Source: the human T2T-CHM13v2.0 reference genome, Homo sapiens. From it: a stretch of DNA of 64,000 nt. Positions 14,923-40,555 of this stretch are shown in pieces. The notes beneath the pieces were generated by a model that saw only the letters and a list, made by a program, of their open reading frames with translations, did not search any database and was not told the origin of the DNA. Positions within the stretch are counted from its first letter, which is position 1. Each line of letters opens with the position of its first letter. A program made the position numbers and the translations under genes. The DNA lies in the NCBI RefSeq assembly GCF_009914755.1, contig NC_060938.1. One strand, 5' to 3'.

Positions 14923-15861
14923 TGAAAAGTGGATATTCTTATCTTTCATTTGGAGAGACTGAGACTGAGGGAAGTCAAGTAACTTGCCCAAAGTCACACA
15001 GCAATTTTTCAGAGCTGGGAATTCCAGGTCAGGACTGGCTGGCCTCAATGCTTCTGGTAAATATTTCAGTTCTATATACAGGCTGGTGGCTTCCAGGAAG
15101 GGAATAGAAAGGGACATTTACAGAGCAGTTAGGGTTAATTCTAATTCCTTGTCCACTTCCCTCCAAGGCACCATTGCCATAGCATCCTTGCCAACTGTCT
15201 TAGAAAGAAATTGTTTTGGCCATCCAGGTTTCCTCTATAAATTGGAGCAGCATCTGGTCTTCACAGAGAGCCAGGCATTCCAGGAGCCCATAACTGAGGG
15301 TCTGGATGACTTCTGGTTTGAGCGACCAGCTGGCACTGGCTCCCCTGGGAGAGAGTCTGTGGGCAAAGTCTGATCTACAGATCAGCCAGATATTCATTTG
15401 CCCAAATTAGGAGACCCAGGAAAATAGTTCTGTTTATAGGCCCCAGAGATGATCAGAATCCCGAGTCTGCACCCCCTTCTTTAGTACCCTAAAAATGCTG
15501 TTTCCATCTGAGAAACTGCGCCATCTCAAGCATGGGTATTCATGGAACTCCTGGGGAAGCCAGGGCAGTGCACCTTGCCAGGTATCCACACTGGGTGGGT
15601 GGGGGCATCTCTGTCTTTCTATATTCCACAATGCCTTCTCCAGAAACCCTAAGTCCAAACTGCACTGAAAACAGAACCCTCTTTTATAAATTTGGCATCA
15701 AAACTCAGTGATGGCAAAAACCGGACCAGACCTTACAGAATTTATTTATCGTTTTTAGTGTGAACATGTACATAAATGCTTTGCTGAGAAATCGAAGCTG
15801 ATGGGTTTGATCATGAGGTGCTGCTGCTGCAGGACATTATGTTACTGTGGTTTATGCATCA

Positions 15862-16906
<1,045 letters not shown>

Positions 16907-17199
16907 TGATGGGGCAGGATTGAGGCCCCAGACAAACCGCAGGCCCCGGGTAACACAGCTAGTCGGGCACACATCCTGCAGCACAGGCCCGCGGCGCTGG
17001 GGAGATCTACATACGGCATGGAGCCAGGCCGGGACGCAGGCCCGAGTTAGCACGGCTGGCATTGCTGCCACTCCCTTCAGGGCAGGGAGGACAGTCATCT
17101 AGCGGCCTTCGGATTACACAAACCCTTTCCTTGGCGGTGGTCTCCCAGGGCGGTCAGGTCCGGACCAGGCAGAGGCCTTGCACCTGTGCTTCCCAGCCC

Positions 17200-18500
17200 C
17201 CCAGTTTTGCGCGGGAACTGCAGGTGCCAAACCCGGAGGCAGCAAAAGTGCTGCCCAAACGGGGATGGAGCCACCCGGGGCGGGAGAGGCCGGGGGCATC
17301 TAAGGCCGTGTAGCTCCCATGTTTAGAGGCTCCCAGTTATTTACAAATGAATAAAGGCCAGAGGACACGCGTTTGGGTCAACTTAAAGGTGCGCGTGCGG
17401 TGTTCTGTGACCTCCGTGGGATGCGAGGCTGGCGGGCCGGAGCGCCCCCTGCCGGGGATGGCCGGCCGCGCTCCGCCGCAGACTCCGCGCCGCCGGGCGC
17501 TCACTTCGCCACCTGACGGCAACGGCGGGAACCGCAGGAGCGCGCGGACCACCCCCCCCCCCACTTCCCCCGAGCCCCGCCGGCCCCAGCTCCCGCTCCC
17601 CAGGAAGCGAAGGGTTAAGCTGTCAGCGGCGCGATGTTAAACAGGTGTCAAAGGCGCCCCATATATCTGCAGATTGAAATCAAATTCTTCGCCGTATAAA
17701 AAGATAAATTACCCAGGCGCTGCCGAGCGTCCCACTCATCACGCCAGCGCCAGACGGCAAGCAATTTTTTTTTAATGTGCTAACGACCTAATCAAGCAAT
17801 CAAGTCGGAGGAGATTGCAGCGTGACCCGGGCAGCCATCTGCCGCCGAGCCCGCATGCATTTCCGCGCCGCGCGGGGCGGGGGCCGCGAGGGGCTGCCGG
17901 GGGGAAGGGGGAAAATCCTAAACAAATTAACACCCAATTTTCCCCGTCTAATTAGTTAAATGAGAAGAGTTGGGGGTCCCCGGGGAAGCGGGGGCGCTCG
18001 CGACGAGGCGAGCGCTGCCTCCCCAGCATTAATTAGTGCGGGTCAATGCCGCGGCTCCCGGGAGAGCAGCCGCTTTAATTTCCCGTGGTATTTCAGTGCC
18101 TGAGGCCCATCGATTCAAACTGAAATTAACTTATTTTTCAATCAGCCCAGGGCTGCCCCTGGGGGTGACTCTTCTTTTGCCGCCTCCTGAATAGAGCTGG
18201 AGCAATTTTTCATTAAAAGCTGATACCTCTGCCGCGGGGGAGGGGGCCCGGAGGGAAGGGCGGCGCCGGCCCAGACCCAGGCAAGGAAATCGGGAGGAAA
18301 TGAACAGATTTCCCAAGCCCGCCTCGGTCCTCCCCTCCCGACTCCCTCGACTTCCCTGGGGCGACTCGCTGCCCCCGGGGTCTGAGCCTTTAAGGACTGT
18401 GAGGGGCGAGAAGGGAACCGCCAGGCTTGGGGCGCACCATTACCCCGCGGGCCTGGACCTCCTTGGCGGACAATGCGAGGGGCTCCCGGCTCTGTCAGCT
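17200..18500. promoter_or_regulatory. Intronic CpG island in VSX2 intron 3 with AT-rich homeodomain motif blocks (candidate enhancer)
   Basis: CpG-dense and repeat-free; CTAATTAG, TTAATTAG, ATCGAT and AATCAA motifs. Confidence 0.7.
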
Positions 18501-19267
18501 GCGGGAAATCTCCGGAAAGCTGCTCTGGGGGACCAAGAAATGTTCCCTCCTCAAACTTGGCAGGGATTCTGGGATCCTAGAATGGGCTAGAGTGCTGCAG
18601 ACACCCCAGGGTACCCCACTGTCATTCAGACCCTGCACCAATCAGCTTTGGGGCCAGAGACACATTCGCTAGTGCTTCCTCCGCCCCCACTCCCTCCCAG
18701 GTCCCTCCTCCCATTTGCTCCTCAACCCTGGAGAATGTTATCTTCATCCCTGGTCCAGCTCCCCAAATACTATTCAGAGTTAGGCTCGGAGCTGTGGGGA
18801 GCAGGTACCTGGAGGGCACATGTGGTTTGGCAGAGCTTAGCTGGGACAGGGTGGAGGAGGCAGGCTGACCCAGGCCTCCGAGGGGAGTCTCCCTCCCTGA
18901 GTTCCCAGCCTTCCTGATACCTGGGTGAAGTGCCCCTAAGACTGTCCCCTGCCCTTTGTCCCTGATCCCTCACTCACCTGCAGCCCTCCTGGATGGTTGT
19001 GACTCTGGGCTTCTGGCAGAGAGGAAGCCCTGAGCCAGAGACACTGCTAGTCCAGTGCTGGGAAAGGAATTTGTCCCTCTGCAAATCAGAAAAAAAGATT
19101 TATATGCTGGAGGTGTGAACACATGCAAGAGAGCCATCAGTGGCAGGGCAGGCTTCTCAGCTGCAAACAGTCGATGACACTGGGTCCTGCGCACCTGCAA
19201 GACCCTGTCCAGGAAGCATCCATACCCCATCTCCCTAGAACTACCCATGATATTCTCATAAGACTGA

Positions 19268-19702
<435 letters not shown>

Positions 19703-20328
19703 TGAGGCAGGGGCACTTGGGCCACAGCAGCCTAGCAGGAGAGAAATTCTTCAAAGCAAACCTCTTGGTCTATCCTGGGGGACTCAGAGCAGGGTGGGCC
19801 TGGGGCCTGGTGTCTGTCACTTGCACTGGGTGCCAAGAACTCTCATCATGGACGAGTCCCTAACTGTGGATTATTTTGTCCTGTGAGAACAGTGTGGCTG
19901 TTGGCCTGGGGTCTGTACCCTCCTCTCCCCTTGGCCAGAGGTGGGTTTATATTGAACAAAACAGTCTTCCCTGGGGGTTGAGAGAACCCCTAGGTCCCTC
20001 TGGCTGCCATTCTGCTAAGCCCAAAGGACTTCTGTCCCCCAAATCTCTCTACTTGCTATCTTCCCCACCTGCCAACTTCCCCACCTGCCCTCTGGGCCTA
20101 TATCTGAGAACAGCACCAGCTTCTCTTGGGGTTCTAAGATCCGGAATCCCATGGGGGAGGGACAGGGGAGCATGTGCTGTGGCCTGGAAGGGACAGAACA
20201 GGCCACCCGAGGCCCAGGTGCCCAGGGCTTTGGCAGGGGGAGGTCCTCCACAGGGCTGGCGACCCATCTCCCCATTCCCTGACCCTGGTCCAGCCCTGGG
20301 ACTTGTGTGACTGCGGTGTGGGGAGTAA

Positions 20329-20763
<435 letters not shown>

Positions 20764-22585
20764 GTCAAGGCGCGCTCAGATGCCGGAGCCCCAAGACTCT
20801 GCTCTCCTCGGGCCCTGTGGTGCTGGGAGATGCTCTCTGAGGCAAGGCCCAGACCTGGCCTCTGCCATCCTCCCTGTTCCCCACAGGTCCTCCATCACCC
20901 CTGGTGGCTGCAGGCACCGCTGGGTTCTGACTCTGGACCATGCTGAGACATCCCTCATCTAGTCTTGACCTCTCCAGCATCCCAGCCTCAGAAGCCTTCT
21001 TGCTGCCCACAACGTCCCCTCAAGCCCCTTCTCTCAATCCCTTTGCAACGCTCACTGGTTTTGGCCACCCCTTGCTCTCTGTTCTCTTGCTTTAAAGAGT
21101 CCTCCTTCCCAGCTCTACATTCTGCTCTGCCCATGCCTAAAGCCCATTGCTGCAAATGCATTGTGAATTGCCTGCCATGGCTGTGACACAGACGGAGGAC
21201 TGGAACTGCAACTCCAGCGTCCTCAGCACCCCACTCCTCAGTAAAAGTCTTCTCCCAACTCAGCCTGTTCCTTCCTGCAGACCTGGCTGGGCCTGGGCTT
21301 CCACAGTGTGAAGACACTGTGCAGGCCCAGGCAGGCCCAGCCTCTGCCCCACCCATCAGTGGAGTCCAGATGGCAGGCTACAGTTGGGAAGTCTCAGCCT
21401 GGGCCCCTCAGCCACCCTTGGTCTCATGCCCCGCCATGGTCACCCTCAGGAACCCACCCTCTCCACACCCAGCCTGTCCCACTGGCTCCTCCCAGCACAG
21501 GCACCTATGTGGCATGTGGTGATGTACGCTGCGTGCCATGAGTCCATGTCCTATGCCTCACAAATGCTGTGGTTCACTGCACTGTTCAGGAGTCCAAACC
21601 TTCTACCCTGGGTCCTCGGGCCCCTGAGCCTGTGTCCTGAAGAATCTCGACTCTCGTGATATGCTGCTTGTGACCTTGACTTGCCATGAAGGCACCTGCC
21701 CCCACAGCTCCTTGCAAACTATGAGTTCACATGTGCCCTGCCTTGAACAACCCAATCTGGCTGGTAAATGACATCTACGAAGCCACAGGCCTGGCCTCAA
21801 CTGAGAAGCCAAGCCTGGAGTAGGCCTGGGGCTATGCATACGCATTAAGGGCCTGCTGGAGAAACCTTCACTCCAGACAGACAGGGGGCTAAGGGGCTAG
21901 GGCTGAGCACCTCTCAGAGCAAGCCTTTGACCTGTTCAGAAGGATGGGAAAAAGGCTGGAAGGAAAGCAAGGCAGAAGGCCAGGAGTAAGCCCAAGCTAA
22001 GCTGCAGGCACACACGCCTTCATGCCAGTGCATGCCAGGAAGCACGTTCACTAGACTAAAACACGGTAACCATGATGGAATAAGGAGCTGGGGCTTCTTT
22101 CTGCTGGCTGATGGGTGGACCTGTGTATGGTGACCTCTCCGGCCTGGCCTTTTCCATTCGCATGAACAATGGGAGCACATAGCCCTGTTGACCTGCCCGA
22201 TCCAGATTCCCAGGCCAGGCTCCCGACCCCATCCACCTATCCACCACCCCACCCACCTTTGCAGGGAATACCTCGTTAGAGAATGGCCTGAGACAGTGCG
22301 TTGCAACTTTTTAATTCCATATCAAAAGTTGATTTCTTCTTCATTCCATTTATGGAACTTCCCTCCCCCTAGTCCGGTTCTTCTTGTCTTTGTCCCTGTT
22401 GGTTTGAAGTGTTAGACTATAGCCCCTGGTGTGTAAATAATGTACATAGAGTGAGAAGAAAGAAACTTGATATTGAGGTGTTTGAAATATGGAACTGTAA
22501 TAACTTCTAGGTATTCGAAACCTGTGATTTCTGTGCCATTTTCTGTAAAGATACAAGTAAGAATAAAATTGACTTAAAAATAGTA
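20764..22585 (+). other. VSX2: VSX2 3'UTR
   Basis: Follows the stop codon; AU-rich distal end; 3' end inferred from AATAAA. Confidence 0.75.
22562..22567 (+). terminator. VSX2: VSX2 polyadenylation signal AATAAA
   Basis: AATAAA followed by GT-rich downstream sequence near 22607-22645. Confidence 0.75.
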
Positions 22586-22666
22586 GGGGAGAAATCCAGG
22601 AGTCCACTGTGGGTGGGGAATGGTTTGTGTTCCGTGTGTATGGGTGGCATAAAAAGTAAATCTACG

Positions 22667-23019
<353 letters not shown>

Positions 23020-23965
23020 CTAATTGTAGAGGTACAAGTGGCCTACGTCTCTCCACTGAGCCGATACCACCCTTCAATGACATTCGTCACTGTGACATGG
23101 GATTGGCCTCCATGATCGACACAACCTAAATGTCCCAACGATCCATAGTTCTTACCTCTGACTCCCTCCTACTCCCCACATAGTAGTCGGCATTTGCCTC
23201 TCTCCTTGGTACTGACTTACTGATAACCCTGTTTCCTACTGCCCTCTGCGGAAGCTCACAGCCCACCTTGGCCCCCAAGAGAACTCCCTTCCTTTTGTGC
23301 ACACCTGTGCCCTTCCACATCTTACCCTCAACCTAAACAACAACAAACGAAAGAGGTAACAGTATCTGGAGTTGAAAGCCAGACAGATTATGCTAAATCC
23401 GTGTCAAAGGGAAGGAGAGTCAAAGAGAAACAGCTCGAGGAAGACCATATGAAATTGTCTACTGACAGCTGTGACCCACCGACTTGATGATGTGATGGAT
23501 GGAATTACGAGATGAGAGAGCGGGGTGAGCAGATGAGATAGGCTGTATTTGAGATTTGGGCCCAAGAAATCTCGTAAGATTGTTTCAAATTGGCTTAGAT
23601 GTGAACTCTCTCGTGGATGAGGTTTCTGGCAGCCCATCAGCGAAGGAGAATGACAGGAGGTCAGCAGTCCTAATACCCTGGATTGGACCCAGATGTGGTC
23701 CTCGCAGACCAGGACCCTGAGGGGCACATGTGGGAAATCTCCAGCTCCTGTGTGGGGATGGGAAAGAGCCATGAGCCTGGCTTCAAGTCCTGCCGTGCCA
23801 GGCTGCTCCCAGGCCTTCCCCGGCATGTCAGCTCCTGCAGGATTCATCCTCGGTCTGGGAATGTCTTTCTCCAACCCTCCAGGAAGTAAACCACTTGTCA
23901 ACCTTCCAGTCCCCTCCCCTCCGAAGCCCTCCTGACCTTCCAGGAAGAGTGTATTTATTTGCTGA

Positions 23966-25290
<1,325 letters not shown>

Positions 25291-26266
25291 TCTGTGGGCC
25301 TTGGGCCGGGGTGTTTACCCTCTCTCTGTGTTATAAAATGGAAGAGTAACATCTGCTCCGCCCGTTGTGGCGTAGAGTATCCAGGAAGAAGCGAGGACGT
25401 GGAGAAAGGCACCGTACAGCACAAAGGAAAGGTGGAGGGGCCAACGCAAGCCTCTCAAGCCCAGGGGGCATCCTTGGCAGCTGCCCCACCCTCGGGTAGG
25501 CCTAGGGGACAACTGGGACACTCAGAGCCTTGGGAGATAGCAGAAATCCTCTTGGACGATCACCTCAGGGGATTTGCCCGGAGGAGAAGCAAGCAGCTCT
25601 CTGCACAAGGAAATGCAAATAGGTTTACAAGTAATCGATGAGGGGAGAGGCTGGACAGGAAAGGAAGGCCTGGATGGCCAGGCCCAAATGAGGCAGAACA
25701 AAGAGAGAAGTCCTGTTAGGTGGGATTGTACCCCAGGAGTGTCTTCTTCCCTCTGACCCTGACACCTGGCTCCTGGAAGGGAGATTTTATTCCAGGTTCT
25801 GCTGGGCTAACAGGCTGCCAAGAGATGGCTGCGTGCCCCAAGAAGAGCAGCAGAGAGCTACAGGGGCAGGAGGGGCTGGTTCATGAGGATTGCGGGTGCT
25901 GGTGAGCAGGCCTGGCAGGGAAAGATGAGGAGGAGTCTGGCTGGGAGTGGGAGAGTGGCAAGCAGGGCTGGTGACAGTGGGGGAGTTTCTGAGGCCAGTC
26001 CTATGGCCTGGAGAGAGCAGCTGCTGCAAGAAAGAGGGACTCGATCTCAGGGATCGCTGGGACCTTGGTCCCAGCCTCCTGCTGGCCCTCCAGCCTCTTG
26101 TGTCTCCTGCACCCAACAGCTCACTGGGGCCTTGAAGTCTTTCTCCTACTGCAGTGCCTTCCCCACCTCTCTTCAGAGTGTGGAGCTGAGGCAGCCTGGC
26201 CCATCAATTTCAACAGAGGTACCATACTAATATCGATGTCAATAAGAGGCAACGCTGGGTGAGGGG

Positions 26267-26608
26267 GTGTCTTAGTCTATTTTGTGTGGCTATAACAGAA
26301 TACCATGGACTGAGTAATTTATAAAGAAAAGAGAGACTGGTGTGGTGGCTCACACCTGTAATCCCAGCACTTTGGGAGGCTGAGGTGGGTAGATCACTTG
26401 TGGCCAGGAGTTCGAGACCAGCCTGGCCAACATGGTGAAACCCCATTTCTAGGAAAAATACAAAAATTAGCTTGGCGTGGTGTATGCCTATAGTCCCAGC
26501 TACTCAGGAGGCTGAGGCACAAGACTTGAGCTTGGGAGGCAGAGGTTGCAGTGAACCAAGATTGCACCACTGCACTCTAGCCTCGGCAATGGAGCCAGAC
26601 CCCAGCTC

Positions 26609-26643
<35 letters not shown>

Positions 26644-26931
26644 TTTATTTCTTACAGTTCTGGAGGCTGGAAAGTCCAAGGTTGAGGGACTGCATCTGGT
26701 GAGTGTCTTCTTGCTGCGTCACAACATGGTGGGAGATAAAAGGGCACAAGAGCATGTGTTAGAGAACAAGAGGGGGCCGACTTTGCTTTTATAACAGGCC
26801 TACTACCATGATAATGTTAATCCATTCTCCCTTATGACCTCATCAGCTATTAGGACCCACCTACTAACACTGTCGCACTGCAGATTGTGTTTCCAACACA
26901 TGAACGTGGAGGAACACATTCAAACTACAGC
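26267..26931. mobile_element. MaLR solo LTR (MST/MLT1A-like) interrupted by an Alu
   Basis: tgtcttagtc... start; aatttatttcttacagttctggaggctggaaagtccaag; ...cacattcaaactacagca end. Confidence 0.85.
26336..26640 (+). mobile_element. Alu inside MaLR LTR
   Basis: Dimeric Alu. Confidence 0.92.
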
Positions 26932-26940
26932 AGGGGGTTA

Positions 26941-27342
<402 letters not shown>

Positions 27343-28212
27343 CTAGTTTGTTTTCTAGAGGGAAAACAACAGAGGGCTTCTTTGGGTTGGAACAAGTGCC
27401 AGGGCTCTCCCTCTCCCTGTCTCTTACCCCCCAGTGCTCCATTTACCAAGTATCCCAGTTGGTCCCCCAGGGCCCCCAAGACCTACCCTCTGGGGAACCA
27501 AGCTGGAGTCAAGAGCCCCTGGCCCTGGCCGGCCCTGTCTCCTGGAGCTTCCTGCCCCCCATTTCTTCTTTAGGTCTCCCTGTTGTCCCCACCTCCCTCC
27601 TGGCTGCTGCTCAACTCAGGCAGCAATGAAGTCAGGGAAGTCTCTGCTTAGTCACAGCTAAGCAGGCCCAGCAGTGATTTGCTCTATTAATTCCTCACTC
27701 CAGATCAATCCCACCCAATGCTGACTATTTTCATTGATTGTTGGCCTCCTCCCCTTCCCCACTCCTCGCTGCTGAGCCAAGGACCCCTCCCATTTATCTC
27801 CATGGCTCTGTTCCTCATGAGGCAGAGCCCGGCTGTGGACCTCAGGGAGTCTCTGTCACAGGAAGGGGTCAAAGAATGAGGAGGTGGCCTTCTGTTAGCT
27901 GCAGAATTGCTTGAGCTGCTCACCAGGCTGATATTCACTCACCCCTTTGCTTGGTGTTGAGGCCAGAGAAAAGGTGGTTGACCAGGGGGACAATAGTGGG
28001 CTCAGAGGTGAGAGGAAAGAGGAGGAAACATTCACCATTTCCTCCACACAGCCTCAGTGAGGGGAGACCAGAACAGTTTTTACCCGCTCAGATGCAGAAA
28101 CAAATTATTAAAAGGCAAATCTATGCTCAGCCAACAAAGAGCTTCGCAGCCATCAAAGAGATGATTACACGAATTAGATTGATGAATATATTTATGAAAA
28201 AGAAAACATTAA

Positions 28213-28727
<515 letters not shown>

Positions 28728-29110
28728 TTAAGACAAGTCTGAGCTTAACAGCAACAGATATAGGAGGATGTTCAAAGGACCAAAGGACAACAGCATTCTC
28801 TAACAGGAGCGCTTCTTTCTCCTCCACCCCACATTTCTGTCTCCCACAGTGTCCCGTGATTCAGGAGTCAGTCCATGCATGGTTTCCATGCAGAAGGCAC
28901 AAGTTTTTAGGAAGGGAGGGGCAGAGTACCGTGAAAGGTGAAGACTTCCCAATAGCCCTCCCTCATCCGGGACCATTCCTATATGGAAAAGTGCAAGGCG
29001 CCGTGGCCCAGGGAAGACAACCCGTGATGAGAAGAGTGTGACCTAAAAATGGAAAGAACATCAGAGTGGATCTAGAAGACCTGAGTTTAAGTGCAGTCTC
29101 CACTGCTCTC

Positions 29111-30740
<1,630 letters not shown>

Positions 30741-30833
30741 CTTCTCTTTTTCTGTGTGAATACTTCCATTGTTTAAGTGTTCGTTCCAGTCCTCACCATG
30801 AGGTCGGCTCTTTTGTCCCCAAGTGGACATTTA

Positions 30834-31423
<590 letters not shown>

Positions 31424-32231
31424 ATGCAAGTGCTAGTCAACCTTCTGACTCTGACTGTCATACCTGGGATTCCCTTTCTTGTTTCCTATTCCAGTCATGC
31501 GTGAAACTTGTTTTTGTTATATTTTGTTCACCTCTAGATGTTCTTAATCAGAATTGTTTACCAGCCCACTCCACCATTGTCCTAGAAGCTCCTTTGTAAA
31601 CTATAAAGGGCTGTGAAATGGGAACAACATGTTACCACTCAAGCCTTTGGCTTCTTGGTATCCTTCCCTATGGCTGGTGGTCACTGCCCCACTCAGTTCC
31701 CTGTTGGGACATTTCCCCCGGTCCTGACGTCAGTTATCTTTTTGGATTTGTTTTGCCTGGTTCTTATCAATCCCTTCTGGCCAAGAGGCTTCCGTAAACG
31801 CTCTGGGGTCTCTGAACCAAACATTTAGCCTCCCTGGGCCATGGTTCTGCGTCTCTCCTGTAACTGGCACCTTCCTCTTCATCTCTGCCCTCTGCCTTTA
31901 GAAGCGTCAAGTAAGCATTGGAGGAGCGAGCGAGTGAGTGGTTAGGCAGAGAGACAATGAAAATTTTTTTTTTGTTTGAGACAGAGTCTCGCTCTGTTGC
32001 CCAGGATGGAGTGCAGTGGCGCGATCTCGGCTCACTGCAGCCTCTGCCTCCCAGGTTCAAGCGCCCAGCCGAAAATATTAAATGTATTTTCTTCCAGTCT
32101 TTTGTTCCAGGCTAGGTGCAATGATAGCTGGAAGAATGAAAGTTCTCCCAAAGGCACATAGACCATACAGTTGGTAGGATAGTCAGGGAGTCAGGTAGAA
32201 ATAAAGGGAAGGACTCTTTTAGTAGTACTTA

Positions 32232-32861
<630 letters not shown>

Positions 32862-32901
32862 TCACTACATTTTATTATTCACTCTGTATCTCTACTATTA
32901 C

Positions 32902-33214
<313 letters not shown>

Positions 33215-33219
33215 TAAAC

Positions 33220-34773
<1,554 letters not shown>

Positions 34774-35648
34774 TAATACCTCACTCACACCCCTGGAATG
34801 AACCTTTGAAATAAGCAAGAATTAGGCTTTCTCTAGTTTCAAGTCCAGCCTGCCCCCCACTATAAGCCACACACCCTTGCACTAGCTACTGCTTTTGTAA
34901 ATGGGTTTGGGACAGTTTTTAATAAAGGCAGCATGTGCTAGAACCCTAACCAACGATTTATCAACATGGACACTAGACTGTCTACTCTTCTAAGTGCTAG
35001 GGGTATAGCAGTAGCAGTCTAGATTTCAAACACAATCAACTTACAGTGGGGGTGGGGGGTATAGTTATTCCAGAAAACCTAGGCTAAAGCCAGATGCTGC
35101 AATAGACAGTAGGATTTGGTTTTGATCCTCCCAGGAGACTGGGTGAAGTGGAAGCATGCTGATGACTTAGCATACTTCCAACTGAGTGCTGAGTAACAGA
35201 AGGCAGAGCTATCAGCCAGAGAGCATTCTGGGCTTCTGCCTATATTAGTCCGTGACTGCATAGTGGATGTGTGTCCAGAGTTAACCATAGCCCTGTGAGG
35301 CCACTGGCTGCATGTGGCTCCCTGGCCGTGGTACATCAGGATTAGAGGGGTGTGATGATGGCCACCCCCGTCTGTAACTAAAGGGAAACCAGACTCCTCT
35401 GGTGGTTCTATCTGCCTGGTGGGGTGCAGAGAGGGCTGTGGTTGAGCTTGGTGGCATGGTGCCAGGTCCCCTGGGACAGCACCATCTTTTCCACTGGAAG
35501 GGGGAGACAGATGGTAGGAGGAGTGTACTCTGTGGCTATGCTAGGAATGGAAAGTGCTCACCCACCTGACCACCCCTGGCAAAGCTGGGGGCCAGGCCCA
35601 CTCTTCTCTGGAAGCTGCGGTTTGGCTAGCGAGTAGGGACAGATGTCA

Positions 35649-36089
<441 letters not shown>

Positions 36090-36155
36090 CTAGATGGGGA
36101 GGGCCTCCCCCAGACTCTCTAGGCCTGCCTTGGGGGAGCCGGTCAGACCATTTTG

Positions 36156-36325
36156 TTTTTTTTTTTTTTGAGACGGAGTTTTGCTTTTGTTGCCCAGGCT
36201 GGAGTGCAATGGCGAGATCTCGGCTCACCACAATCTCCACCTCCCGAACTCCCGACATCAGGTGATTTGCCTGCCTCAGCCTCCCAAAGTGCTGGAATTA
36301 CAGGCATGAGCCACTGCGCCCGGCC
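36156..36325 (-). mobile_element. Alu with internal deletion
   Basis: TSD ggtcagacc/a; middle part missing. Confidence 0.88.
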
Positions 36326-36839
36326 GGTCAGACATTTATTGAGAGCTCCCTATGCCTGAGGCTCCTTGCTAGCCCCATGTTTGACGACCAGGTCTGCTGC
36401 TGCCAGGACAGCTAGAGTGGGGCTGGAGTTTGGGGTATAGAAGTGGGCAAGGGCAGACACGGGAGCCTAGACCCCTGCAGGGGTGCCACAGGAGGGTAGC
36501 ATGGGAGGAAAGGCCAGGCCTCTGACTCCACTGCTCACTCACCTGTCCCAGCGCCATCTCCTCATTCTGGGCTCCTGTCTGGACCAGTGCCTGGAGAATT
36601 CTGTCAGCCTCAAGACTTTCCCTGCCAGAGGCTGTTGGTGGCTACATTCAGCTTACCATGCTGGCTTGGTACCTGGAGTGCTAGGCCTGACTTCTTCTTG
36701 CCCAGTTCAAGCACCTAGAGGCCACTGGGGTAGAGTAAGAGGATGAAGAGGACTGGGGTGGGTGTGCGGGAATGTGTGGGGAGGGGCCTGGGGCTGGGCC
36801 ACCCTGGGACGAGCGGTGTTGGACAGGAGCAGAGAGTAA

Positions 36840-38556
<1,717 letters not shown>

Positions 38557-38748
38557 TCATCTGTTGATGGACATTTTTGAGCTGTTTCCACTTTCTGGTT
38601 ATTGTGAATAGTGCTGTTATGAACACTCCTATAAAAGTATTGGTTGGGGTACCCATCCTTGGTTCTTTTGAGATATGCCTGAATGGAACTGCCAGGTCAT
38701 ATGGTAGTTATTTTACTTTTTGAGGAACTACCAGAATGTTTTCCATAG

Positions 38749-39202
<454 letters not shown>

Positions 39203-39334
39203 TAATGATGTTGATCATCTTTTTGTATGCTTGTTGGCCATTTATATATCTTCTTTGGAGAAATGTCCATTTTTAAATTGGATTGTCTTTTTATTGTTGA
39301 GTTGTAAGAGTTCTTTAAATATTTGGGATACTAG

Positions 39335-39976
<642 letters not shown>

Positions 39977-40191
39977 TGAATTCCTTTTTATAATTTCTGT
40001 CTCTTTCTTGATATTCATTTTGTACCTCATTTTTCTGTTTTCCTTTAGTTCTTTGCCCGTGCTTTCCATGAGCTCTTTGAGCACATTTAAATGTCTAGGC
40101 TTCCTTAGAAACAGGTTCTGTCAACTTTTTTCCTCTTGAATGGACCATCATTTCTTATTTCTTTGTATAATTTGTGAGGTTCTACTTGTTA

Positions 40192-40555
<364 letters not shown>

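Noticed and set aside
23482-23500. snoRNA box-C-like TGATGA (also near 9610)
   Set aside because: No properly spaced box D with terminal stem seen.
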